Origin: Nitrospirales bacterium
GTDB lineage: Bacteria; Nitrospirota; Nitrospiria; Nitrospirales; UBA8639
Direction: 5' to 3'
Assembly (NCBI GenBank): GCA_965203295.1
Contig: CBDBCZ010000011.1
Coordinates: 32,001 to 96,000, forward strand
Length of the DNA: 64,000 bases
This document shows, one piece after another, positions 21,090-33,699 of this stretch; position 1 is the first letter of the stretch; every line of letters begins with the position of its first letter. Made by a program: the position numbers and the translations under genes. The notes under the pieces are model-generated. The model searched no databases. It saw only the letters and a program-made list of their open reading frames with translations, and was not told the origin of the DNA.

Positions 21090-23650
21090 CATGACCTTTA
21101 CTTTGTGGCCACCTGTGGAATTTGGACGTATGTTATGCTGGAGTCCTGTTGCTATATTGAACTTATTTTTTGTAATACAGCTTTTTCAGTGCCATGAAGC
21201 TGAAGCTTGATGCTTAAATCCATTCTTCCGCAAGTGCTAACTGGACAACAGCAAGAACTGAAAGAAAATGATGATCCCAACTCCTACAAATTTACTGCTA
21301 TTGCAAGAAGTTCCGCCTATGGTGGGATGTGACAACCTCTTCTGTGTTCATGTTTGGCAAAACTCCACAGTTGGTGCTTGCAAGATTCTAAGACAAAGTT
21401 TATTTAATTATTGTGTAGCTATACATTTCAACAAAGTATATAACCAAACAAACTTTCAAACTATTTTATTGCAAAAAGATTTGTGAGTGCAGCACATACA
21501 ACAAGTATCCTATCTATATCTGTGCTTTATCTGTGTCTCCCTTGTACTTTAATAGTTGCATTGGGAGGGGTCCCGTTTAAGAATTGTATACTTGTTCTTC
21601 ATCAGCCCTATCAGTATGACCATCTTGACATGTACATGTATACGAACCCTAGCAAGTTGCTGTGAGAGTTCGATCAACTTCTCTCTCAGAAAGCTGCTTC
21701 TTTCCCTACGTGAAGTTCCAGGCTTCGTGAAGGACGGGATGTCTAGTCAAGCTCCATGAACTGCTAAGTCTTCTTCAACTGTAAACCTGCTCTCAGCAAG
21801 AATAGTATCACCTGTTTGCATGTAGTTTAAAAAACTGCTTTCCAAGGTAAATGTCCTGTCTGAAACACATCCTCCCCAAATTTTGACAATTTTACTATAA
21901 TAATATGCTATACAAGTACTTGCGCTCGCTTCGCTCGCGCAAGTACTTGTGTGTATTCAACTCGTTCACTCTGTACTGATAGAAATGAAAAGTGTGACCT
22001 CTGTGATTTGCATGGAACAGTATAGCATTTTCTGCCAATGAAGCAGTGCTTTTGACTAAGCCACATGTCAGTGTTGAAAATTGACTTGTCAGAGTGGGGG
22101 GTAAGTATATAGTACGTGTGCACACTACATTTCTTTTAGAAGCCAAAGCATGTATTATGTAATGTCCATGTAGTATACTATGGAATGTGGAGCATCTGCC
22201 AGTGGCAGTAGCCTGATCGAGACTTTGACAGTAGTTTCTACCTGAGCCATGTGGAGGCAGCAACTCAAAGGAGAGACTGCAAATAATTACAAAACTATAC
22301 CCACATCAGCACATGTAGCACGTAGGCGAATGGAGCTGACTCCATTTAATGCACATCGTCGTAGTTTGTCTAGCGTAGCAGTCACAGCTGTGCATGGTTT
22401 GCACTTACAGGACTATACAGCTACTAACCTTCGCAATAGAGCGCGCTCGAAGTGCTGATTTGAGGCCATCATGATAATACCGTCGGCTGTTGGAGCATCC
22501 TAACGCACGCAGCGGTCGAAGTCGTCCCAACGCATGCAGCGGTCAAAGTACTAATTAGCTATGTACACATATGATGACGTCACGGTCTTCTCGCGCAATC
22601 GAGGTTTATTAGTGGACGTCACATCCGTTACACACACACACACAGACGGACAGAACTAACGTTAAAGTATTGATGATGATGATGATGATGATATATTGAT
22701 ATATAATGGGAATACGTTTTTGAACGAGCCTCAATTGCAAAGTTCAGTGATGTCTCAAACATTTCTGAGTAGTCAATGGTGATGGCATATTGTGCAGTAC
22801 AACTTACGAGACGGCCATGAATTTATAAATCGCAATCGTACATGGCATTTAACCAGTTTTTAAAAATTCTACACACAAAACCAGCCATGATGCTAAATCG
22901 CCATGCTGATCAGTAACCATCAGGTCTCAGCCTCACGAGCATGAAGAAGAGCTCATATTCCATCCTCAGTGCATGTCCAGTTATAGACAATTCAGATGCA
23001 GTGGAAGGGGACAGAAACATAAATAAATGTAAAAGCATGCATGCATTGCCCATGTAGGGAGACCGGTATAAAATGGCATGAGTTGCAGTATCATCATTTT
23101 CAATTTTAGCGTACAAAATTGAGCCTCCTTCAACTTCTTCATAAGATGTTGATTTTCTCATTCAGCCTCTTCAGAAGTTTGTTCTCTGTTAATAACAAAC
23201 TATGGCCAGACACTGACGGGCATTGATTCTAACTAGCTATATGTCATTGTTCAACCATGCAGTCTCCATTGCGAAGCACTGCTTCGTCAGTGCGGTCAAG
23301 CCTTTAACCCAGCTAGTGCTTTCCCTTTGGAATTGGGTATATGTATGCATGTTTCCAGAATCACAACATCCGCTTCAGTAACTGCCTTTTTAGTCACTTT
23401 TCTCTGTTTCAATCTGCCACGCCAAATCTTTCACTCCTCCATTGATCTGATGATGCTTGGATGGCTGACCAGAGTTCACTGTTTTTGAAGAATTGGACAA
23501 CTTGGCGTGCTTGTATGATTGATCAGAGTTAGCTAACTGGAAGCTTGGGTTTATCGACTGACGTAGATGAATTAAGGGTGTGACGATTTGGTGGGTTTGG
23601 AAGGGTTGACAGGAGGTTTTGGTTTATGCAAACTTGTGAAGTCCTAGCCA
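21090..23650. mobile_element. Degenerate ISL2EU/Harbinger-related DNA transposon: DDE_Tnp_4 transposase remnant (-) convergent with a YqaJ/PHD-type ORF remnant (+)
   Basis: Minus-strand frameshifted pieces FYTGLP, ELFFMLVRLR, WGG.VSD, GDTILA, IPSFT, LARVRIHV, IGLMKNKYTIL, IDRILVVCAALTNL (about 21480-23100). Plus-strand IYCYCKK and MVGCDN (about 21290-21340). Boundaries approximate. Confidence 0.7.
21913..22673 (-). mobile_element. Non-autonomous Helitron-like element (copy 2) inserted in the ISL2EU-like transposase
   Basis: 3' hairpin GCGCGAGCGAAGCGAGCGC followed by CTTG; 5' TC with an adjacent (ATC)n run; homologous to 13039-13811. Confidence 0.7.
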
Positions 23651-24003
23651 CATAAACAGCAGCATATATGTAGCTACTTGCAGGACGGAAAGGTAGGTAC
23701 CAGCCAAGTTATATATATATATCACAAGGGAGAAAGCAAGCATGGATAGCAGCCAGCTAAGTGTGATTTTCTGACATAATAAGAAGTAGCTATGCTGATC
23801 TTAGCTCACCTAATCTTGCATACTCCTAATTTAGTGTCTAGGTTCATGCTGGGGAGTGTGGAGGTACAAAGTGCATGCATGCATGCATGCACTTCCTCTG
23901 CACCTGCTTTGACCTTCATTAGACTGTTGCCCTTGATAACACAAGTCCTTGGGTCTGCTGTGGTCTAATTAACCTCAACAGAAATGAGGACAACAAGCAA
24001 AAC

Positions 24004-24035
24004 GGGGTTTTCCATGTTCCCACCAGGGTATATAA
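24004..24035 (+). promoter_or_regulatory. kB-like site GGGGTTTTCC (24004-24013) and TATA box (24029-24035) of the short-chain collagen gene
   Basis: Matches GGGRNNYYCC; TATATAA about 110 nt upstream of ATG 24145. Confidence 0.5.
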
Positions 24036-24144
24036 TAGGCTAGGAACTTCCAATAGCTATAACTGTAGAGTTAAGAGCTTCTGAAGGAGTTTTAGTACAG
24101 CCATTTCCAGTGTGAGAGCGAAATTGAACTGCCACCGCAAGAAT

Positions 24145-25012
24145 ATGACGGGGAAATCTGTGGAAGTACTTCAAATACTGCTCACTACAGCTGTCATACT
24201 ATCCACTGTTGAAGGTAATTGCGTGAGATATTTTATATAGGAAATATGAAGTATCAGTACAATACTCACATAGCTGTACTGTTATGTATCGAAATGCAGG
24301 CACTGAGACTAAAAGGCATGCAGAATACTGCGACCTACGTGAGCTGTTGCGGGGTCCTCCTGGCCCCCAGGGACCCACCGGCCCCCCCGGGCCTCAGGGC
24401 ATCCAAGGCCCGCCTGGCGCAATTGGCCTCACCGGACCCCGTGGACCTCCGGGACCAATGGTTGGTGGCGTCTCTTACATTCGCTGGGGACGAGCAACTT
24501 GTCCCCGCACACCTGGAACAGAGCTGGTGTACGCGGGAAGGGCGGGAGGAACTCTTCATAGCCACAGCGGAGGAGGAGCCAACAAGCTGTGTTTGCCCGA
24601 TTACCCGGAGTATTTGAGCTACGACCCAGGCTTTCAAGACAGTGGCTACTTGCACGGCGCTGAGTATGAAATCTATGGCAACCAACCACTTAGTGAGGTG
24701 CATGATCATAATGTTCCGTGTGCTGTGTGCCATGTTGCGACACGAGGGACGGTGATTGTGGTTCCGGCACGAGCCTCTTGCCCGTCCTCCTGGACCAGGG
24801 AATACTATGGCTATCTGATGGCTGAGCGTTCACGCTTCGAGCACCACCGCAGCATCTTCGAATGCGTCGATGTAGACCCCGAGTCCATACCTGGAAGTTA
24901 TGGGAATGAAAATGGTGCACTGTTTATGCACACAGAGACCACCTGCAATGGCTTGCCCTGTCCACCGTACGTGGAGGGGAGAGAAATAACCTGCGCTGTG
25001 TGCACAAAGTAG
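24145..25012 (+). CDS. Short-chain collagen C4 / spongin short-chain collagen-related secreted protein, 2 exons, 260 aa
   Basis: Exon1 24145-24214 is a signal peptide ([23 protein letters not shown]); 85-nt GT-AG intron; exon2 24300-25012 has 12 Gly-X-Y triplets, then the C4-type NC1 domain ([63 protein letters not shown]). Confidence 0.9.
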
Positions 25013-26420
25013 CAAGTACTGTTAGGCGAGTTTGCTTGTAATCAGAATTCTTCTGTTTTCAAGATTTTGGCTGTTTTTTTTTCTGATACTTCAATTTATG
25101 TAGCCACTGTGTGTTGCTTCCTGAAGAGCTACCAACATTCAATTTGTTCTACATAGCAGGGTGCTTATGCACTGTCACTATGTCTAGCATGCGATTGTAT
25201 AGCTTTGTTCTCAGGCTTTGTGAGAAAAGTGAGCAAAGTAAAGCTTACCTTACCCAGCTTTCACTCATGTATGAAAGGCCTGAAAATGAAACTATGATAG
25301 CGGTAGCTTACAGGCTGAAAAATATGACAGCTTGGTTGTCTATATGGCTAGGCATGAGAAAATTATGCCAGAACAAGTCTGACATTTCATGTCTAAAAAC
25401 CAGCTGGACGCCTTTCCCGTACAATACACACAACTCAGCATAGGCCAAGCTACTAAACCACAGCTGTAGAGCCAGAGATACTATATACCTAGATCCTAGA
25501 GCGGTACAGCGAAAGTGCTGACTCAGCAGTTTGGTCATGCGCCTCCAGTTAGTAGCTATATGTCAAGAAACCAGGATATTTACGGCTACCTATCACGTTT
25601 TCGCCATCTAGGCAACACAAAACTACCTTCATTTGCTGTAGCTTGGCCTGCAAACCTCCAAAAGTTGCTATACACTGCAGTTACATAATAATAGGTTTCT
25701 GTCCTTAATATACAGAGGTTTTCCTCTGGTGGGAGGTTCGACTCAATTTGCTATTTCAAGCCACATCAAGCACTAGCTCAAATACCAACCAAACCTCTAT
25801 TAAAGCATAAAGAAATTGTAAGTATCTACCAGGCATACATGACTGTATGACTGTATGTCGTTGAAAGTCTTAGAATGCATTAAATTTTCTAATCAATGAC
25901 ATAACTTATTACTGGACGACATTAATATTGAGTGGTATAACAGTTACGAGTAACACAATGTCAGTATTAACCAAAATAACTGGCAGAGTAGTTTGAGCTG
26001 TGGAAGCATTTCTACACTTGCAGACAGCATAATAGGATATAGACTAGAAATACCAAGCGTGCATGTACTCAAGCATAGAAAAGCCCAAGGATCTAGCTAG
26101 TAGCCTCGCTGGAAGCCAAAAGATTGGTCAGCGCTCTAACTAAGACTATAGTTAATTTGTTGTGCATGAAGGATGGGTGTGGTTTTGTTTATGCACGAAC
26201 AATGGGTGTGGCTTCCTATTTGTTCATTATATGAGGCCATTTTCAACGGACTATCAGTCGGGAGCATGCAGTTTGTCTGCTGTCTGGAATCAAAAAGCGT
26301 CCACTCGTGGGAGGTTTCTTACACACTAGCAGTATAGTAATTTCAATCGGTGCCACAGCTGGTGTCCTTTATAGGGAGGTTGTCCGCTAGTGGGAGGGTC
26401 CGTTATGGGAGGTTCCACTG

Positions 26421-29400
26421 TAATTAACTTACTTGAATATCAGGACAACAAAAGAAACTGGCCTCGGGATTGTATTGTGACATAATTAAGTGTAGCAGTG
26501 CAACAGCCATAGAGGCGGTGCTGCATAGTAGCTAATCAGTTTCTGTACAGGTTTTTGTGATGTCAGTCATGCAACTCAAGCAAAATTGAACATAATGGGA
26601 TGAATATGCAAATGTGGGAGCGTGTTCAATGGTGTAAGCACTACGGCAGCAACATGAGTATATTATTAATGAAAAAGGACTGTGGTTGGCAAACAATGGA
26701 TATTACATACAGAGGGGGTGGTGCACTGGCCCCAATTAATTACCTTAACTTCACCGTAATTTTGAATACAAGTGTAGGGTAGCCAGCTAGCTACCACATC
26801 CCACTAGAATAAATTTCAGGACAGCCGTTTTTTCATAACTTTCCGGGGGAGGCCCCCCTCCCCTCCCAAATGGGTGTGGTTTGCCTGCCTTCTGTTTTGT
26901 GGACATCTGTTTACAACCCCCAAAAAATCTCCACCCCCCAGCAAAAACTCCCATATTTAAACCCTAGCCTGTGATTGGCTAATTTGGAGCATACATTCCT
27001 CAAGGCTATAGCTAAGGCTTACATTTCACACACACCTGACCAGTAAACCGGCAAAAACGTCAACTACATGCTACAGCTGAAGTAATGCTGCCAGAAAAGG
27101 GTCTTGTATGAGCTCAGAAAATCGACCCCTATTGGCACTACTGGAGTCCTCCAACAGATGCTACATATTTAGCATTGCAGCATTAGCTACCACTCCATAT
27201 ACAACTTGATAGATATATGACCACCAAGTAGGCTTTGTGGTAATTTACTATAGTTGTTGCACCACTTGGATAGTAAATATAGTTATAGAGCTGCTGCAGC
27301 TGCAGATAATGTTGCAGCTAGATAATGTGATTGGTACACAACCAGTGTTTATTAGTACTAGTCAAGGGGGGGGGGGGATGATACCCCACCCTCTCCCCGG
27401 AACACTAATAACTAGCGCTAAGTACTGTAAACTTAGCCTCGTTCCCAGGTTCTCTGCCCAGCTGTATACTATGCTTGTCCATTAAAGTATCCTCATGACA
27501 ACCCCTCCCTTGGCCCCCCTAGCAACTTGTGTGTTCACCATGATAATAAAAACCATGGGGGTGGAGCCACATGGTATTATAACAGCTGGAGTGTGGAACC
27601 TATGAACAAGGCTAATTAGTACAACAGTGAAAGTGGAAGCTGTATATATATCCAAAAAGTGCATGTAGGAATGCACTTCCACATAACAAAGGAAACAAGC
27701 AATAATTTACACCGCAGTGGATTCACAGACTACCTACACAACACAGCCCTATGCATTATACAGAGGAGCTAGCTACAAATCACAGCGCAGTGCGTTTACA
27801 GAGGCCATCCTGGGTAAGGAAATGTATATATAGGGAGGATGGCCTTCGTAAAGGCACTGCTCATTCCCAGGCTCTTGTGGCAATTGTATTAGGCAGATCA
27901 TTTTAATCACTGCAACAGCTGCAGTTGCACTACAAGAACTAAAGCTACACACAGGTGGGTGCTCTCCCTTATGTCAAGCTTTTTAGAATAATACCAGTAT
28001 TTGGTTAGTGATGTCATGAGTAATGTCATGAGTGATGTCATGAGGGATCTTATCTCTGAAACCACCTGCCCACTTCATTAACAGAGGCTCCAGAAGTCTA
28101 AAACAGAGCTACATGCCCACATAACAACCAAACTCAAAGAGACAGTGAACTTTCTGTTTGTGGTTTGCTGACATCACTGAGAGGGTACTCAGGGTACATG
28201 TAGGGTATATATAGCTAAAGGGAAAAGTTCAATGTCTGGAGCACTTGATCAGAATTGGAATGCCTGACTTGTGAGACAGAAGAAGATAATAAATAAACAG
28301 CCAGATATTCCTGGCACTGGGCTTAGATAACCTCATTTTCGAGGCTTTTGTGGCAGAGGAGTAGGCTTTTCCCAATTATGCCAGCATGATTTTGAGCATA
28401 ATAAATAGAAAATAGCATCTGATTCAGGAATTGTGTTAGCATAATGGGCAGATCTAGAGTATTGGTCACAATTTACACAGCTACTCATATTAACAATATT
28501 CATACAGTCAATTCATTGTCTGCAACCGTCTTGGTGCTGTGGACGAGTTTTCTCATTTTAAAAACAGCTTTTAAAATAATAGATGTGAAGTGTGGATCAT
28601 GTTACAGTACAACCATAATTGGTATTTTTGAACTAAATTTTGTCACTTTGACATTTACCTGCCATTAGTGTGGTCTGTCTCGGTTTATTGCTGCCCGAAG
28701 GATTGAAGTACATGTACTACAGCGAAATTATATTGTTGCTCCCATGCCCATGCAATTTTCTGGTACGCAAACTGTCCCCAAAAATGGTGCGGTCCTGAGA
28801 ACGAGGGTATAATGAAATAGGAAGCTATAGTGTCCATACTCTATTCCCTATTTTATTAATGTGGAGATGTGGCTTGAATCATGAGTAGGAGGGCTACTCC
28901 TCTGTAGGCATTGCCCAATTATGCTCTTTTCATTGCCTATTGTGCTATTCCCTAATTCCCCAGTTTTGTCCCTATTATGCTTTCAACCAGTACCTACGTA
29001 CTATGCTCAAATTATGCTCACATTATGGTGACAGGTAGGAGCGTCTCTCACTGTCATGGCCTCTCACGCGCCATCAGGCATTCTAGAACGGTCCTTTTCA
29101 GCTGTTGACAGTCAGAACTTGTGCTTATCGCCGCCCGAAGGATTGTCTGCCTCAGTCAACAGCCCTCGGTTGCACCGTTTCAGTCGTTAATGCATGGGCA
29201 TGTCAGTCCCTCTGCATGTGGGCACGTGATAAGTGGTACATGCCAGCTAGGCCACTTCCTCTGCACCTGCATTGACCTTCATTAGTCTGTTGCCCTTGGT
29301 AACTCACTGCACCTGCATTGACCTTCATTAGTCTGTTGCCCTTGGTAACACACAGCTCCTTGTGGTGTAATTAACAAATCAGGACAAGAAAAGAAACTGG

Positions 29401-31980
29401 CTGGGGGGGGGGGGATTGTATTGTGACATAAAATTAGTGCAGCAGTGCAAAAGCCATAGAGGCGGTGCTGAATACTAGCTAATCAGTTTCTATACATGTT
29501 TTTGTGATGTCAGTCATGCGACTCAAGCAAAATTGAACATAATGGGATGAATATGCAAATGTGGGCGTGTGTTCAATGATGTAAACATTACGGCAGCGAC
29601 ATGAGTATATCATATTAATGAAACAGGACTGTGGTTGACAAACAATGGATATTAGCTACATACAGAGGGGGTGGTGCACTGGCCCCAATCAATTACCTTA
29701 ACTTCACTGTAATTTTGAATACAAGTGTAGGGTAGCCAGCTAGTTACCACATCCACTAGAATAAATTTCAGGACAGCTGTTTTTTTTTTAATAACTTTTC
29801 TGGGGGAGCCCCCCCCCCCTGTGTGGTTTGCCTGCCTTCTGTTTTGTGTGCATCTTTTTACAAGCCCCAAAAGATCTCTACCCCCCAGCAAAAACTCACA
29901 TTAAACCCTAGCCTGTGATTGGCTAATTTGAGCGTACATTCCTCATGGCTATAGCTAGGCTTATTAACGGGCAGAAAGTCAATTATATGCTACAGCTGGA
30001 GTAATGCTGCCAGAAAAGGGTCTTGTATGAGCTCAGAAAATCGACCCCTATTGGCACTACTGGAGTCCTCCAACAGATGCTACATATTTAGCATTGCAGC
30101 ATTAGCTACCACTCCATATACAATTTGATAGATATATGACTGCTGAGTATAAAGGCTTTGTGGTAATTTACTATCGTTGTTGCACAATTCCTGTAATGGC
30201 CAAGTTCAGCTGTAGTCTGGCCACTGGCCCAAGTCCTACAATTGCCGACGGGGGGGGGGGGGGGGGGGGGGGGGGCACTTTGGTAATTAACAGGCCAAAT
30301 ATAGTTACATGCAGCGCAGTTGCTAAATTTGGACTATTTTTAGTGTACTTGGTCATCAAGAGCAGCTGTGGTACTAGATAGTGTTGCATCACAGCCAGTG
30401 TTTCATTAGTCAGGGGGGGGGGGGGAATAATACCCCCACAATACTAATCATTAACTATTTTGTACCTTACCATAATACTATGCTTGTCCCATTGTATCCC
30501 CATTATATCCTCATGACAACCCCTCCCCTGGCCCCCTAGCAACTTGTGTGTTCACCATAATAATAAAAACCATGGGGGTGGAGCCACATGGTATGATAAC
30601 AGCTGGAGTGTGGAACCTATGAACAAGGCTAATTAGTACAACAGTGAAAGTGGAAGCTGTATATATACAATGATTGGTATTAGGATATTTAACTTAGTTA
30701 AGTTTTTCCCAGCCAAGGGCATTTATGTGCTCATATGAAATAGAAAAAAGCATGAACTATATTCGATTTTATATTAACGCCTAATACGAAAACTGCATAA
30801 AAAACCGAAAAAGGCTCGCCCGACGGCTGGTTAAGAGTTAATATATACTATATTGGATAGCCTCATTCCCAGGCTCTTGTGGTAGAGGAGCAGAGGCTAT
30901 ATTGTATTGGGAAGATCAAAGCACTGCAACAACTGCAGTTGCACTATAAGAACTAAAGCTACACACAGGTGGGTGCTCTCCCTTTTGTCAAGCTTTTTAG
31001 AGTAATTTGGTTAGTGATGTCATGAGTGATGTCATGAGGGATGTTATCTGAAACCACCTGCCCACTTCATTGATAAACCACCTGCCCACTTTGATCATTA
31101 ACAGAAGCTCCTAAAAGTCTAAAACAGAGCTACCTGCCCACATAACAACCAGACTCAAAGTGACCCTGTAGACTGAACTTTCTATTTCTAACATCACAGA
31201 GAGGGTACTCAGGGGTAGGGTTGAGCCTATTATGGTGGAGCCTGGGAACGAGGCTACCTATTATGCTCAAAAAGTACCTATTATGCTATGCTGCACTGCT
31301 CCAAAAATCTTCCTATTATGCTCAACAAATGCCCCTAATATGCTCAAATTATGCTCACATTAAATGTGACCCTCACAGCAAAAACTGGCCATCTGGACTG
31401 CTTCAAGCATGCGTGGGTGGCATGTATTATTTGTAATTTCTAGTATGTTTGCTGATATTGGACCACTCCCCTACAAGGTTTGACAGTAAGACAATTGGTA
31501 GCTTGCTGAGTTTCCACTACACATGACGTAAGCAATCTACCTACTTGTGAGACAGAAAATAATGCAAAACCAGATATTCCTGGCACTGGGCTTAGATATC
31601 CTCGTTTCAAGGCTCTTGTGGCAGAGGAGTAGCTAGAGACTATATTGTTGGGTAGATCAAAGCACATCCTCGTTCCCAGGCCATGCAAACGAGGCCAATC
31701 AAAGCACTGCAATAGCTGCAGTTGCACTACAGGAACTGAAACTACACACAGGTTGGAGCGCTCCTCTTCTGTTAAGCTTTTTAGAGTAATTTGGTTAGTG
31801 ATGTCATGAGTGATGTCATGAGGGATCTTATCTCTGAAACCACCTGCTTACTTCATTAACAGAAGCTCCTAAAAGTCTAAAACAGAGCTACATGTACCTG
31901 CCCACATAACAACCAGACTCAAAGTGACCCTGTAGACTGAACTTTCTGTTTCTGGTTTACTGACATCACAAAGAGGGATA
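26421..31980 (+). repeat. Local tandem segmental duplication: unit A about 26421-28330, unit B about 29368-31630, partial unit C about 31695-31980; unit heads are homologous to the collagen gene promoter/exon 1
   Basis: Long near-identical blocks offset by about 2.9-3.0 kb (e.g. 27080-27210 vs 30000-30130; 27495-27650 vs 30515-30665); no intact ORF. Confidence 0.85.
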
Positions 31981-33699
31981 TTGACAAGAAAAAATGATAG
32001 TACAGATCATCATGTGACATGTACCAGTATATATACCGGTATAGTAAGCTATAAACTAGCTCATTCTGCCTTTCTCCAACCACAGATAGCTTTAAACCAG
32101 TTTAAAAATATCAATACAGCTATGCCTTTCTATCCACTGGGATTATGGCATACCCCCTGGTATGTCTTGTCACAAAAAATTGAAAGTACCTCCCATTGGT
32201 AGTAGCTCGATTTTTGATGGCAAATCTGGTCAGGATCACATAATGAAACTAGCAATCACTCTCTAGATATCTCCATGGCTTAAAAATGCTCCCAGATGCT
32301 TTTAACTCGCCAACTACTTTAGTGCAACGGATGGACGCACAATGATGGATGGAAAATATTACGCAGTAGTATCCGCTAGTTTCTGAATACTCAGAAATCC
32401 TGAAGGAACTGAACATGTGTGCTAAACGATGTGTACCAGCATAGATAATAGAGCATATGCTCTATTATCATTATATGTTAGCCATGTTCCTAAGTTTTCC
32501 TGCACACTTCTTGTGCATGCATGGGGAAGGCTTGAGAATTTAATATATTCTCCGGTGCATGAGACATAGCTGCTATGGATGCAGGAAGGCTGATTCCCCT
32601 GCTCTACGATTCGTATACAGCCATCTCAGCAATTGAAGGCACCTATTTCGATGGGTACATTAAGACAGAGAAGTATGCTGCATATATATATGTGGCAAGA
32701 GAGTGGTGTAGAAGGCAGTACATTGGTGGTAGCAAACTCTTAAACAGGAGGAATACACTGCATGGATAAAAAGAGGGGTGATATTCACTGCTATCTCTTT
32801 ATATTTCACATTGAATCATGGGACCAAGAATGATTATGGCTTTCTCGTGAGATGGATGTCAGTGCAACAACAGGACGGGGTGATAGACCATGCCTCACAT
32901 GGATACATGCAGGGTAGCTGCACTAAAGCTAGACCAACCGAGCAGCTGAGACAACAGTTATCTGCTTTGCAAAACATGAGCCATCTTCCCACAAACCACA
33001 AGCAAAATATAGCATGACTTGTGACGAAGTAGATCTATGCAATGCTTTTTATTACGGCTGGTAGCCAATATGTAGTACTCTGCATGTAGTGGTGAGCAAT
33101 ACTATGGCACTGTTACTGTAGTGTATAGGTATCTGTGCACAGAAACACGCAAGCTATCCACAGGGGGCACCTTTAAAACGGCACTGAGAGCCCTGACCCT
33201 ATATAGCTATTTAATGCACATCGTCAGGGCTAGGCTTGTCTAGCAGTTAGTTGTAGGCTGGGTTGTTTTCATGTGTAATTACACTTATAAAAATTACATA
33301 CCATTGAACTCAAGTTTGGGACTATCCAAGGGCTAAGCAGTAGTAGCCGTGCAACTAGTTTCACTGCATGTTCATTCGCCAATTACCACGCGCACACGCT
33401 ATAATTATACGCGCAGTCTTACTCACATAATTTTCATTGCGAGAGTTAACGTCAAAATGGCTGCCACTCGGGAGGCGCTAAAAGAATTCTCACCGGTTTC
33501 TTCGCATCGAAGAGAGTGCGGAACTTTTCCAATGTTAATTTTAATTTTAGGCAGGAAATGCCCCTTCAGCCAAAGGCTGGTCTACCAGGGGGTCCTGTAA
33601 CACAAACAACAAATACACAACACATACACAATCAGGGAAACAAGAGATAATTGATCAAGCACAAAAATTTAATATATAAAAAAAAAATAGAAAAAAAAA

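Noticed and set aside
26606..26770. Octamer ATGCAAAT plus PSE-like TTCACCGTAATTTTGAA suggesting an snRNA promoter
   Set aside because: No snRNA-like sequence follows. The octamer coincides with the decayed collagen start codon, and the PSE-like word is altered in the duplicate.
32575..33017. Possible Ulp1-like protease remnant (LYDS..VQQQDG.D)
   Set aside because: Only two short motifs in different ORFs and no catalytic Cys; too weak to annotate.
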